A DNA stretch of 60,661 bases, filler included, from Bipalium vagum (taxonomy: Eukaryota), in the NCBI GenBank assembly GCA_037834085.1. It is 3 parts of 3 records of this genome, joined end to end, with 100 filler letters (N's around TTAATTAATTAA, not from the genome) between each part and the next. Parts side by side here need not be neighbours in the genome. Positions count along the whole stretch, not along the records: positions 1 to 23,849 come from JBBMKC010205821.1; 2 more parts are not named here. The stretch is one strand, 5' to 3'. Every line of letters starts with the position of its first letter. Positions within the stretch are counted from its first letter, which is position 1. Shown here piece after piece: positions 1 to 12,812 of the stretch. Made by a program: the position numbers and the translations under genes. The notes under the pieces were generated by a model. It searched no databases, was not told the DNA's origin, and worked only from the letters and a program-made list of their open reading frames with translations.

Positions 1-294
1 TTTTGATACTTCTTATTTCGGTGATTATCATCTCCATCGACGACTTTGTCATATTCTTGTTCATATTATTTGAAACATATGATTTGAATTTATTATTTCT
101 ATTGCTGTTGTTATTTATCGTAGTTTTAATGTTATCCTAGTTTGTCAATTTTAATAAAGTCCCTATTGATTTATCTTAAATTACCTGTGTTTGATTTTCT
201 TTAGTTATTACTGTTGCATTATTTTTATTAATATAATTTTTGGGATGTAGTATCAGTAATTTATGAAGTGTGGACGGACAGCAGTTGACGTTAT
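1..294 (-). CDS. Possible 5' end of an unidentified gene running off the left edge (48-nt intron 184-137; open frame 136-1 containing MNKNMTKSSMEMIITEIRSIK)
   Basis: CAG|gtaatt...aactag intron of the same size class as the other short introns here. The frame is open to base 1. No family recognised. Confidence 0.35.
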
Positions 295-2949
295 CTTAGT
301 GTGCTATTGACGTACAGTGAGTGCGATTCAGAGAGACATTGACTATTAATTACGAAGAGTTGTGATTAGAAATTGAAATTTTCTTGAATCTCTGTTGACG
401 TTTAATAAAATTAGTGTTATCACAAGTCTTATTTCACTCGTAGAGTTACAGTAGAAAGTAACCACACTAAAGATTAGAGTCAGATTAATATTTAATTATC
501 ATCATCATTATTATTATGAGATCATTAAAATTAACAAATAATAATTGTTGATATTTTAATTAAATCATAATTGAAGTTATTTAAATTTCCGAGAAGCTTA
601 ACGGATTTTTAATTTTTAAAAAATGTTAAAAGAAGAGGATCTGTCTTGTCCAAAAGATATGAGTTCTAATGAAGTTCACGATTTATTATTATTATCATAA
701 TTCAGCTGTGTTCATAAAAAATATACAGAATATTTTAAAAGTTTCCACAAGCAATTCAATAATTGTTGTTTTATATAAGATCATTTTTCAATTTAAACAA
801 AAAAATTTTTTTTTAACTAAATCTTGTCAAATATCAGAAAATAAATAAAATTATAATGAAAATAATTAATTGAAATTCCGTTTTTCAATGAACACAACGG
901 AAACAGATCAACATCAAAGGAAAATCATAAAAGAACAAAACTGATATATTTGTAAACACTTTAAAAATTCGGAAAAACGAATTTTAAAATGATATCAGTA
1001 AAAGAAGACGAATTATTTTTAATTGAGCGCAGCCCTCAATCCAAACTGCCGACTGAGCACAATAGAAAATCTATTGTTTTTATTATCGGTCTCATTGATT
1101 ATTAAATTTCATTAAATTAATTTTGCACAAATCAACAGTGTTTTGATGAATTTTCATGAATAATTGGACCCGTTGAATTTAGACTGCATTTGCGCTTATT
1201 TGTGAATCAGAATATTTTTATGAAAGTTTTGGTAGTGTGTTCACTAGAAAATCAAGCTAAACTGGAATGATCAGTATTCGGCAGTGTACATACCTTTATA
1301 TTTACTATACCCAGTTATTTTGGTAAAGTATTGATTTTCTATTTTAAAATGATAATATATGCACAAAGCCAAAGTACTTCAATGAAAATACATTTCTTTG
1401 TCGCTATTAATCTACTGAAATCTTAATAATATTTATCGGTTTTTCATTTTATAATTTTCGTTAATATTTATTTGTTGAATTTTAATTTCACATGATTGTT
1501 TAAATAAAATAAGAAATAAATCATTTCAGATAAGAATCTTAAAAGAAAATAAATTAACGAGACAGAATAAAATTTTCGTTTATATACAAAAGTTCAAATC
1601 ACGTTATTACTACAATTATTTATTTATTTATTATTATTATTATTATTAATTATCAATCATCATTGATAATTCGATTGCAAGTACCGAAATATTAATAACA
1701 ACAATCGGTATTAGTAAGACTCAAACGAAATATTTATTCATACCAGATTATTCATGAATATTATTAATAATAATTTTATTATTAAATTCTAAACTATTCT
1801 TAAAATAATACAATTGATATTTTGGCCGCCAAATAATATTGTTACTTTTATTCTTCTGGAAAGTCTTTCTTGACCTTTGATGAATGTTACAAATACTTGG
1901 TCTTTTATCACGAAAAATATTAGAATTTCTGAAAATTCTTTAAATTCACACTGTTGTTGTCCATAGAAAATATTAATAATTAAATCAGAAATTATAATTT
2001 ATTATTGTTTATTAAATCATAATTAATAATATCTTTTCCCGAAAATCAATTCGGTTTTCAGTAGTGAAAATATTCTGACTCGTTACTGAAGTAGAGTTGA
2101 CATAAATAAAAAAAAATTTTCTTTAATTTAATAAAAATTAAAATCAATAACATCGGTAGTACAAATACTTTACTTGGAATGTTTCTGGAATTGGAAATTT
2201 TTTTATCAATTTTAAAATATTTTTATCAATTTCAATACACGTTTTAAAAACTTTCGTTAAAAATCTTTATTCTTTTTAATAATATTTGACAAATTTATCG
2301 GCATTGATGACCAACGGTGACGTAATTGTTAAGACAAAAAACATTATTTATAATTCAGGTGTAAACTGGTCATGTTTGACAGATCAGTAAACCTTTTAAG
2401 CGAGACACCTTTTGTCAATGGACTTCAACTTTCAACGTGATCGTTATTGATAACCGGCTTATGTAGTAGAAAAAACATGAGACATATTTTTTTGTCTTTT
2501 TATTATATAATATTATTTACTTTTCACTATCAAATTGATGGATATTAAATAATTAACATCTTAAATAAACATTGATTAAATGATAATAACAAGTGCAAAA
2601 TTTTTCTGTAAAAATGTTAGAAAAAAAATTCTTTAGTTTTAGAATTTTTTAACTTTGTAAATAGTTTTTGGAGCGATATTTCTTTAATCATGTAAAAAAA
2701 ATTATTTTTTCAAAAAAATATTTTATATAATTTTATTGATTTTAATTTTCATAATATTCATATTGATATTGATTTTCTCCAATAACCGTTCAAATTGTAA
2801 TTCTTTTTTATTAAAAAAGGAATTTGAGTAATTTAATTAATTTTTTTATAAGAAATAAAATTCCAAATCCATAATAAAAAAAACTTGACAACATTAGTAT
2901 TTCAATTATTTTTAAATTCAATAAACACACAGACGACATGAACATTATG

Positions 2950-3640
2950 AAAATATACGAAATTTTGTCATTTGAGCTAATCACAATAATGTATGATGTA
3001 ATGGTTTTAATTCCGGTGCATTATACAAATATTCTGTTTTGGGTCTTCTGATGGTTTTGCAATATTTGACACAATATCCGAACAGGCAGAACAAAAATTG
3101 AAACTTTGTGAAAATAAATTTCCATTGTTACCATTTTATATATTATTGAGATTTTAAAAATGTTATCCTTGGCCAAAATGTGAAGTGAAAATGATACAAT
3201 CAATCCATCACAATATTATTAATATTTTACATGAAAATTGATTTATTACCGATAATATTTAAAAAGTAAATTTTGTTCTGCCAATGCTCCAAAACAATGA
3301 GCAATGGATTTCTAAAAATTCGTTTTTTCCGTAAAAATATTTCATTGTTTCCAAATGGAATTTTACTTAAATTATCGAAACAAAAGATATCAAGAAATCC
3401 GATGTATTTCTAATTTGACAGCATTCCGGACATTCAAAATCACTTAGTTCCTTCATTGTAGGCAAATTAGTACAAATTATTTTACGAAAGAAAAATAAAA
3501 TATTTTTTTGACCAATTTGACAGATGAACTGATTACCCACCCGTCCGGAGATTAGATCAGTATAGTTTTCTCGAAATCGACTTTTTAATTTCTTTGGCCA
3601 ATAAAATATTATTTTGATAAAAAGTTCCATTTTAATTTTT
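2950..3640 (-). mobile_element. Highly decayed Merlin-like (IS1016/ISXO2-type) transposase relic
   Basis: Collinear weak fragments IKIIFYW, FFFRKIIC, CFGAL and HILA resemble the Merlin order (LIYYW, FCREIC, WVFG, HILPG). Many stops and frameshifts. Confidence 0.3.
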
Positions 3641-4650
3641 TCGATGTATTAATTAATTAAATGTAACGTTTATTAACTTGTAGATTTTATTAGAAATATT
3701 AATCGATTTCAGTTCATATTAAAATATTTGAAGACAAAAAAAATTAATTATTATACACCGCCTACTAAGGATACTAGAGTAGAACAATATCAAGAAAAAA
3801 AAGACATTTTTTAGAAAATAACTTAAGATTTATTGATATTAAAATTTAATTAATTAAAAATAGATTTTTCAAAAAAAATTATCAGAGCAATAGTTATCAC
3901 AGAATAATTAAATCAATAATTATATTTAATAATTGAAAACGAAAAAAAATTGGAATCATATTTACGAAAAAATTATTTTTAAAATATTCAATAAAATATT
4001 AAATCAACAATAATTTATTTTATTAATTGTTTACAAAAAGGGATCAACATTAATGCACCAAACAAATTATCGGATCATAATACTAAAAAATAATTTTTAA
4101 ACCAATAATTTCTTTTGATCAAGTCCCTTTAAAAGTTGATAAATGTCAAAACATCAATAAAAAAATGTTACATCAATGATTAATTTTAAAAATTCTATAA
4201 AACAAAATATTAAATCAATAATTAATTATTTTTTAAAAAATCGATCAACATAAACAAAACGAAAAATTTTCTCAGTAATTACAAGAAATCAATAATAATT
4301 TATTTTAATTATTTAAAATATCGATTAACATCAATTATTCCTATTATTAATTTAATAATTAACAGGACATCCATAATAAATGATTTTAAACATTAATCAA
4401 CGAAAATTAATCGATATTTTCAGTCAATAAAAATTCCAGTAAGATCATATTGATCAATAAAAATAATACCTCAAAAGAACAACTACACAATCGATAATTA
4501 CACAGAAAAATAATAATAATCATCATCAAGTACCGACCATGATCCTTTTCATAACGACAGAGAGCACAGAGAACACGATAAGAATCTAGGCCGAAAATTT
4601 ATTCGAAAAGCTCAAACAAAAACAATACAGAATCCATTCGCCAATATTTT

Positions 4651-7600
4651 CTATTTTAAGTGCCATTTGCCTTTGGTCTTGTTCTTTTCCTTCACGTCCA
4701 GTGCATCCATGGAGGCTCTAAAATTGGTCTCTCGGTTCAGTTCTTCCCACTGCAACCGCGCCGTTTCAAAGTTAGTCCGTTTCAGTTCTATATCCTTCGT
4801 TTCCTTTTCTAGCTGCGCTGTCATCTCGCGTTCTGATCGCTCGATGTTGAGTTGAAACTCTTCCAGTTTTTTCGTTTTTTCCGTCACCTGAAACAAAAAA
4901 GAACAAGTGTCACCAGAATCATCCTGTCAAAAAAACATTCTCCGTTTTCCGGGCTGTTACATTTTGTCAAGAAAATTCGTACCTTTTGATCGAACAGAGT
5001 TTGCATATCATCTTCCATTTTGCGGATTTTCGCTTCGAATTCTCGTCTTTCTTCGTCCATTTGGCTCATAGGATCTTTGCCGTCGCTAACGCCGAATTGA
5101 GTCTCTTTAGCAAAATTGCTCATTTGCTTGCAACGATAGTTTTCAAAGAGAATCTGATCCGTTGTGTCTTTGATGTCTTGCAAATGAGAGCTCAACAGTA
5201 GAGTTCTCAATGCTGAAAAATCGTTGTGTTCCAAATTATCTATTTCAACCACACCCCAAGGATAAGCTCTTCCCCTCAATTTCTGACCAGCCTTTTCCAC
5301 AATGGCATTGCTGCAAACGATGGCAAACGGTTGTCGTTTTCTTTTCACCGTTATGTCTTTCCAACTATTGGCATTGTCTCGACCTTTGCCGGCAGAGATA
5401 CCCAATGAAATTGCAGCAGCTTCTTCGGGGAAATCGTAAATCCTCAAACCGTTGGATTTGATTTGATGGAGAATAGTTTTTTTGAACTCTTCACATTCGC
5501 TCGGTATCAGAGAATCGGCTTTCGCGATAACGGGCACAACGTTGACTTTGGTATGGATGTGTTTCATGAATTCAATGTCAAGGGGCTTGAGACCGTGACC
5601 GGTCGGTTCAATGAAATACAGACACACGTGGACACGATTGTCGACAATTCGATTGCGATTAACGCGATTCTGAGATTTCATATATTCGTTGTATTTCGAT
5701 TCGATGTAATTGACGACAGAAACCCAACACTCGGAATTATCAACGTAATCGCCGAATCCAGGGGTATCAATCAACGTCAATTTCAATGCAACTGCATTTT
5801 CAGTGATAGATACTGTTGTGGTATTGATCTGTATCGTTTTCTGAGCTCTTCTTGAAGGAGGCTAAATAAAGGTATTGTTAGCTCTTACACGATCTCTTTT
5901 CGATATTTAATGATTTATTTTATTAAGTGGGTGATGCTTTTCGTTGTGGAGGTGGATAAATATAAAAATGAAGTGAATATGTCGATGTTAATTAATAATT
6001 ATGTTGCAAGAAATGTTAGTTGATTTTCAATGAAATGATAACGTGGAAACCATTCCCCAATTTCGAGTTCCGCGACACACATACTCTAAAAGAGAGACCG
6101 GGAAAGACATCAATGTTTATGACGTAATCGGGAAATGCGAATTTTCCAGACATGATCTGGCACCAAATTTCATTTAGTACCAAACTTCCAGGAAATGAAA
6201 TGTACAAATCGATCTCACTTAACAATATTTGATAAGAGAAAAAAGGAATTACAGAAAAAGTTGAAAAATAGCCTTCATTGGGTACTTTTGATAAATAGCA
6301 AAACATCCTTGTTGTCGTTTTGACCAAATAAAGCAGTAAAATTGTCCATTTTAAATGAAATCATTATTTTAAAACCAAATAATCATTAATACACAGCAGA
6401 GCGTCAGTGACAATTATATTAAAATTAATATATATATACTTATGTACACAATGTTATTGATGATAATATTTATTGTAATAATTATTGATTTTTGTTGTTT
6501 ATTATCACTATGATTGACTTGAGAGAGATATTAATCAATTTGTACATCCTTTAAATTAAAAGTAGAACAATCGTCGCTTATGCTACATTAAGTAAAGTAT
6601 CACACCAAACTCAAGAAAACCCTAATCGATTTTTCAGTGCATAATTTGTTGATCAATTTTTTTATTGAAAATAATCAGATATTGATAAGCATAGAGAAAA
6701 ATCGATAATATATCATTGACATCAAAAGCGGAAATGCCTGCACAAAATCAATCGGTTATATTATATCAATTATCAATCGGATCCTTTATCGGTGTGACAC
6801 AAGTCAGCGAATATTATTATTAAAAAAAATTATATTCGATCATAGAAAACTGATTCACAATGCGGATATGGAGAGAAAGAAAGATGAATCATTGGTGCAT
6901 ACATCGACCAATCGGCTACAAAAGTTCTAAAATTATTGCACATTTTTGTTCCTTCTCCACAAATGGGACTTGAAACCGTCACAAAAGCACGGGATGAACT
7001 ATCAGAAGCGATTAGTCACGGAAAATTAAAATTGATATTGAAAATGTCGTCTGGTAAATTGAGAAAATGTACTTTTCCCATTGAAAATGAAAAATAATAA
7101 TTGATTAAAGAATAATTTATTTATAAAGGACAAATATATATTGACAAAATATTACATCGAAAATTTCCTCAGTATATTAGTGATGGAAAGATCAGATTTT
7201 AATCAACATTTTTAATAAAAAATTAATAGAATTATATATATAATTTATTATTTTTTAAAATGAAAATCAATAATCGAAAATTTCTTACCAAATTATCATT
7301 ATTATACAATTCCGTTAGAAACAAATTATTGACAAATGTTGATTTACCGAGACCAGAACAACCAACAACCATTAAGTTAAATTCAAACCCATTAAACAGA
7401 GATCGTCGGTAAATCTGATCGGGGAGATTTTCGAAACCAATATTTTTTACCAACCTTATCTTTTGGTTCTCTAGATTATCGGGAAATTATCAAAATCATC
7501 ATATATAAACTTACCTATTTGCGATTTTGGTTTTGATTCAACTTCAACGTCTCCTGCCGAAGTACTGGATTGTTTATTAATTATTGGGTCTGCGTTCGCA

Positions 7601-7722
7601 GTAGCGTTTGTAGTTTTTCTTTCATGTGGCGTTTCAATTGGCAGCTTTGAAACTTTAGGTATAATTACACTGGTTTCTTTGTTGGGAATACCATTGACAG
7701 ATTCTTCTTTATTGCGTTGCAT
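4651..7722 (-). CDS. SEPT7: Septin, SEPT7/Peanut-like; exons 7722-7515, 7470-7289, 5861-4983, 4887-4651 (1506 nt, 501 aa)
   Basis: G1 motif [10 protein letters not shown]3 DTPGFGD, G4 AKAD and septin unique element [20 protein letters not shown] precedes the GTPase domain and a C-terminal coiled coil ends in a basic tail (KEKNKTKGK), as in SEPT7. All three introns are GT-AG (44, 1427, 95 nt) with consistent phases. Probable 45-nt 5'UTR intron at 7723-7767. Confidence 0.93.
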
Positions 7723-8382
7723 CTTAAACACATTTATTTAAAAAAATTTATTGATAAAAAAATTTACAGGTGACAAAAAGTTTTAAACAATGAGTGTATC
7801 AGCAGAACAAGTTGTTAAATTAATTTTGAAATGTGCGATATTTAAACTTGAATATTTAAACATTTGAACAAACTATTTAATTAAGAAATTTTTTTGATTT
7901 TACAAAATTTAAACTACAGTATATCACTAATTAATTTGAATTAATTAGATCACTATAAATTCAAGCTTAATAAGAACATTAAAAATAAATAATCTTTTTG
8001 AAAAATTAAACGATTTTTTTATTTTTTTCAATAAGAATATTTCTAGTTTATTCAATTATGTCTAGTAAACTTGACATTGTTTTAGTAAAGTTTTATTCAC
8101 TGACACTAAATTAATTAAGATTTTTTAATTTTTAAAATAATTATAATGAACAAAACAATCTTATGCTTTTAAATATTCTAAAAAATATTGATATAAATTT
8201 GATAATTAATTTTAATCATCAAAATTTATTTCATGATGAAGACTATTCTTAATTCAGTCGTTAAATTAGGTTTTTACACTTATTTGATATGCATCAGTGG
8301 TTTATAAAATTATTTTCTGTTTTAACAGTTATTGAGTTTAGTTGATCTTTTTAAAAATATGAAGTAAATTACATTTTTGAAT

Positions 8383-9350
8383 ATACTGTGTCCATAAAGT
8401 CTGGAAAATTTTGAGTAATAAATTTTTTAATTTAATTTTCCTTAATGTTGTTTTATCTTTTAATATAGATGATTTGTGCAATTACAATAATTCAACACAG
8501 CTTTATTTTTATTTTAGATTGTTAGTAAAAGAAAAAAGAAATTATGATATTTTAAATCTTTTGGAAAAAGTTGTATAACATGTATATGAGAAAACAAGAA
8601 ACACGATTAGGTAAAACCATTAACTGCATCAATAGTACACAAAATAATATACAAATTCTTCCAAACTGGAAGTCTTAAAACTTTACCACGACCGGTTCGA
8701 CCAGATATTGAATTAAATAAAAATGTTAATGCCATTGAAGCAGCTCTTGAAAAATTTTCGGAATTTCCTTCCGTTCGTTAATTTTAAGAAAAAGAACCTG
8801 AAAGGATCATTTGTGAACAATGTTTTAACAAGGAATTTAAAACTTAGAACATAAAATTGGTGTACATCAAACTTTGCATGATAGTGATAAAATTAAGTTT
8901 CCTCAGTTTGAAACTTGGTTGATGGAACAATATTCAATCAATAACACCTTTTTGACAGACGAATTCAATATTTCACTTGATGAACACATTCATCTCAAAT
9001 ATTGTCAAATTTAGTTTACATCCAATTCAAGCATTGTGCGAACTCAGTTTAATATTCACAATATTTAACTAATTGAATAGTTCTCAATTACAAAATTTTT
9101 CTTCGAAGAGAAAGAATGCTATCGGTTACCAAAAAATGATACAAAACCATGTTATCACTTAACTTAATGAAAAGAGCAATCTTCCATGAAAAGAGAGCTT
9201 CTATCAAAGTTTAGGCGTGCGATATTTCTTAAACAAACACTATCCAGACTTGTAACTAGTCTAGGATTTGATATTGTTTGACCACGTCGAAGTCCAGATT
9301 TGAATCTTGGTTATTGTTTTGAGGTTGGCTGAAGAGTATATATACCAAAT
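8383..9350 (+). mobile_element. Decayed Tc1/mariner-superfamily transposon (DD37D/DD41D-like type)
   Basis: TA followed by a TIR-like start CTGTGTCCATAAAGT. Fragments FQTGSLKTLPRPVRP, KIGVHQTLHDSD, FLTDEFNISLD and *PRRSPDLN (WPPRSPDLN). Confidence 0.75.
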
Positions 9351-9354
9351 AAGC

Positions 9355-10395
9355 AACAGTTGTACGAAATGATATTTTATTTTGTTATTAAAAAAATCTG
9401 TATCAGAAACTCACATAATCCCTGATGGGGCTTAACGGAGGCAATGGTTTTTCAAAATCCACTTTCTAAAGATGGATTTCACGCTTCCGAAAAAGTAAAT
9501 TTATGTGGAAGATAAAAAGAGTCCGGGCCAAACGAAATTATTAATTTATGCTGTCTCTTCTAATATTCTGATCTTTTTCGCCCAATGCCTGACTCAGATG
9601 TATCAATTGGGATTGGTACAACTCCCCTATAAACGTTTCACATTGATCTAGAAAGATCAAAACCTGGAAGCATTGGTAGCTGAAAATCTGTGACAAACTC
9701 AAACTGATCTTGCTAAATCATTAAATGTTTCTCAATCTTCAATTAGCAGTTCTTAAAAGCCATGGGAAATAAATGCAAAGTGGGAAGATGGGTAATAAAC
9801 AAGGAAAGACGTAAAGTCAGAAATGAAATTTTGGTTGCTCGACAAAAAAAGAAAAGTATCCTGCACCGAATTATTATGAGTGACGAAAAATGGATTTCCT
9901 TTTAAAACGCTAAACGCAGAAAACAATTTTCCATCTCGGACAGTTTTCCAAAGCAACACTACATGAGAAACATCCATTGGAAAAGACTCTCCTACGTATC
10001 TGGTCTGACGAAAAGTCTGTGATCCATCATGAGTTGCTAGAGCAAGGTGAAACGGCTATAGGGGAGTTCTACCGATCACAATTGACACACCTGAGTCGGG
10101 CATTGGGCGAAAAAAGATCAGAATATGAGAATAGGCAGCAAGTAATTTTGTTGCATGACAACATCCGGTACCACGTCAAGAAACAAGTCTAGGAAACGTT
10201 AGAGTTGTTTCAGTGGGAAGTCTTACCCCACGCGACTGCACCCATTCTGACTACCATATGTTTCGGGTGATGGCACACTTACTTTCCGAGAAGCCCTTTC
10301 GAGGAAGCTGATAACTGGATCACTGATTGGAATTCACCAGCTTGCTGAAAAGTGAGAGGAAGTAATTATTAACGGTGGAAAAATATAATGAATTA
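9355..10395 (+). mobile_element. Decayed mariner (Mos1-like) with an internal inverted self-duplication
   Basis: RWISRFRK, SDEKWISF, KTLLRIWSDEKSVIHHELLEQGET, VILLHDNIRYHV, WEVLPHA and SDYHMFR in the correct order, with stops and frameshifts. Confidence 0.9.
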
Positions 10396-12812
10396 TCTAT
10401 TTCATTTTATGTTTACTTAATATTTATATCACTTATTTAATAAAGAAACAATGTTGTTAAACACCAAGAAAATAAAAAATGTTATTTAAGGTTAGAGTCT
10501 CTTTTGGTCTAGTTCATTCCAAAATATTATATAAAGGGAAGAATTTTCAGTGATTCAGCAGTGATTAGAATGGATATTCCAAGCTTTGTATTCAGAAATT
10601 GTATGGTTATGATTTTTACATTTGGATTGTGTTCGGGTTCCTCATTAGAGAACGATCTATGAGTAGCTAGGGAATTTCGACAAGAGTTATCTAGTAAAGT
10701 TTTATATTCATTATCTGATTTTTTATTGATAAAGTGGTATCGTTAGTATCTTGCCAGTACCATTTGTAAAGTAGGATATAAATAAATTATTTATTTACTG
10801 ATTGTTATAAGTTGCATAGCTTTTATATAATTGGAGTCATTTTAAATTCGAGATATTTAATATTGAATATAATAATAATAATAATAAAATAATATTCTTG
10901 GGTTTTTATAATCTTGACAATAATCAAATTATCAAGATTAGACCAAGTCCGCTTTAATAATTTTCGCCTAAAAAGAGTTTCCTTAAAAGAATATTGGTCT
11001 ACGATCGAGTAGTCGTCTGACCAACATAAAAACCACATCGGATTGTCTAGAAAAAATTTAAACTTTACAATTATTTTATAAAGAAGAGAAAGTTTTTTGG
11101 AAGAAAATTTTATAAATTCTTTTACTGATAACATCGGGAAAAGATTATAACCAGATATTTTGCAGGTTTCCATGATTATGATGTTTACTATGCGACAAGA
11201 ATCAATGATGGGTTCTGAGAGGTTTGGTCGTTTATGAGCGAACCAATCTGATTTCATCCAAGATTACAAGGAACCATCGTCAAAAATAGGTAAGCAGTTA
11301 ATTTATTTTTGTTCTTGTTCTTAATTGAAAATGTTATTTGATTACCGGTTTTAATATTTATTTAATTATAACATTGGATTATTTGTGAATTAAACTTTGA
11401 TTAATTAACAGTTTTCATATTTATTTGAGTTAAAATTTTGATTGATTGATTTACTATTTTATCGATCTCATGTTATACGTGTTTAACTTTATCGATTGAC
11501 CGTTTCTTTTGAATATTTGATCGAATACTGATTTTAATTATGTACTGTTGTTTATATTAAATAAAGTTTTATTGTGATTATTTTGATTCAATTACAATTG
11601 AACACATTACTAACATAAGTGAAAGAATCGGTACAATCACAACCTAGGTGTTACGCAGTTCTCATAGTAATATTAACATAAAATTTTATTCCTTTTAAAA
11701 ATTTCCAGTAAAAATAAATTTTAGAGAAACACGAAAAGTTTTTTGTCCCTAAAAGTTATTAATGAGACAAAATACATTAATTTAAATAATACCGAAATTA
11801 ACTTTATGAAATAAGTCTCCTTTCCTTTAAAAATATTATTTATTTATGATAATATCGAGTTAAGATTTCGAATTATTAAATTTATGGAGAAATTTAGTTT
11901 GCAAAATTTACTTATTTTAGTTATAATTTTTTTAATAATATTTTAAGAGGTGGGGTTACGAGAAAGGCAGACAATAATTTCCTGAACTTGTTGAATTGAA
12001 CTATCGAAAACTTAGTGGTTCCAAAAAGACAATCCTTTAACCAATATCAACTATATGCATCCTGTTTATCTGACACTCATTAACTCATAAGGAGAGACAT
12101 AGATTTAATTGTCTTACCATTAAGAGTATAACTAATTTTTTCCGCGATATTGATGAAATTAAACCAAAGATTTAATGAATTTAATTAATACCTCAAGTTT
12201 CTGTTAAAAAATCCAATGTATCGACTTCAAAAGCATTTATTGTTCGTTTTCTCATCCTTATATTTAATAAAAACGCCCCTTTTTAGATCAATGAAATGTT
12301 GGCAAAACAAAATATCGGAAAATGTTATCGTTATTCCAAAAAATCGAGTGACAATTTCCACTGGTTTTCCATACAAATCAATCTGAATAATCACAAACCG
12401 AACAAACGACATTTTCCCTTCCATCTTCAATTGTGTCATCAAAATAAATTCCTTATGTACATTGAACAAAATGAACAAAAGCATTTGGGATGCAATTTTT
12501 ATAACTAAAAATAAAACTCACCATCAACAACAGACAGACAGAAAAATGAACCCACACAAAATGTACATTGTTCCATGTCTAAGAACAAATAAGAAATTTT
12601 ATTAAAATAATTACAATCTGTCATCTTTCTTTAAAGGTCTTTTTCATTGAAAAACCAATAATTATTATCGGAAACAAATTTCAACACCAATTCGCGAAAA
12701 AATAAATAAAATACAGATATTTACTGATAGACACGAAACAGAAGATAAATGAATAAAAATGTAAAAACTGCTCTTTTCTAAACAACTGAATATTAGATTA
12801 ACAGGGAAATTG

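Noticed and set aside
4667-5855. Plus-strand ORFs over the septin (and 57356-59558 over Robo, 16462-16755 and 19361-19546 over DOCK)
   Set aside because: Antisense shadows of real exons with no recognisable motifs.
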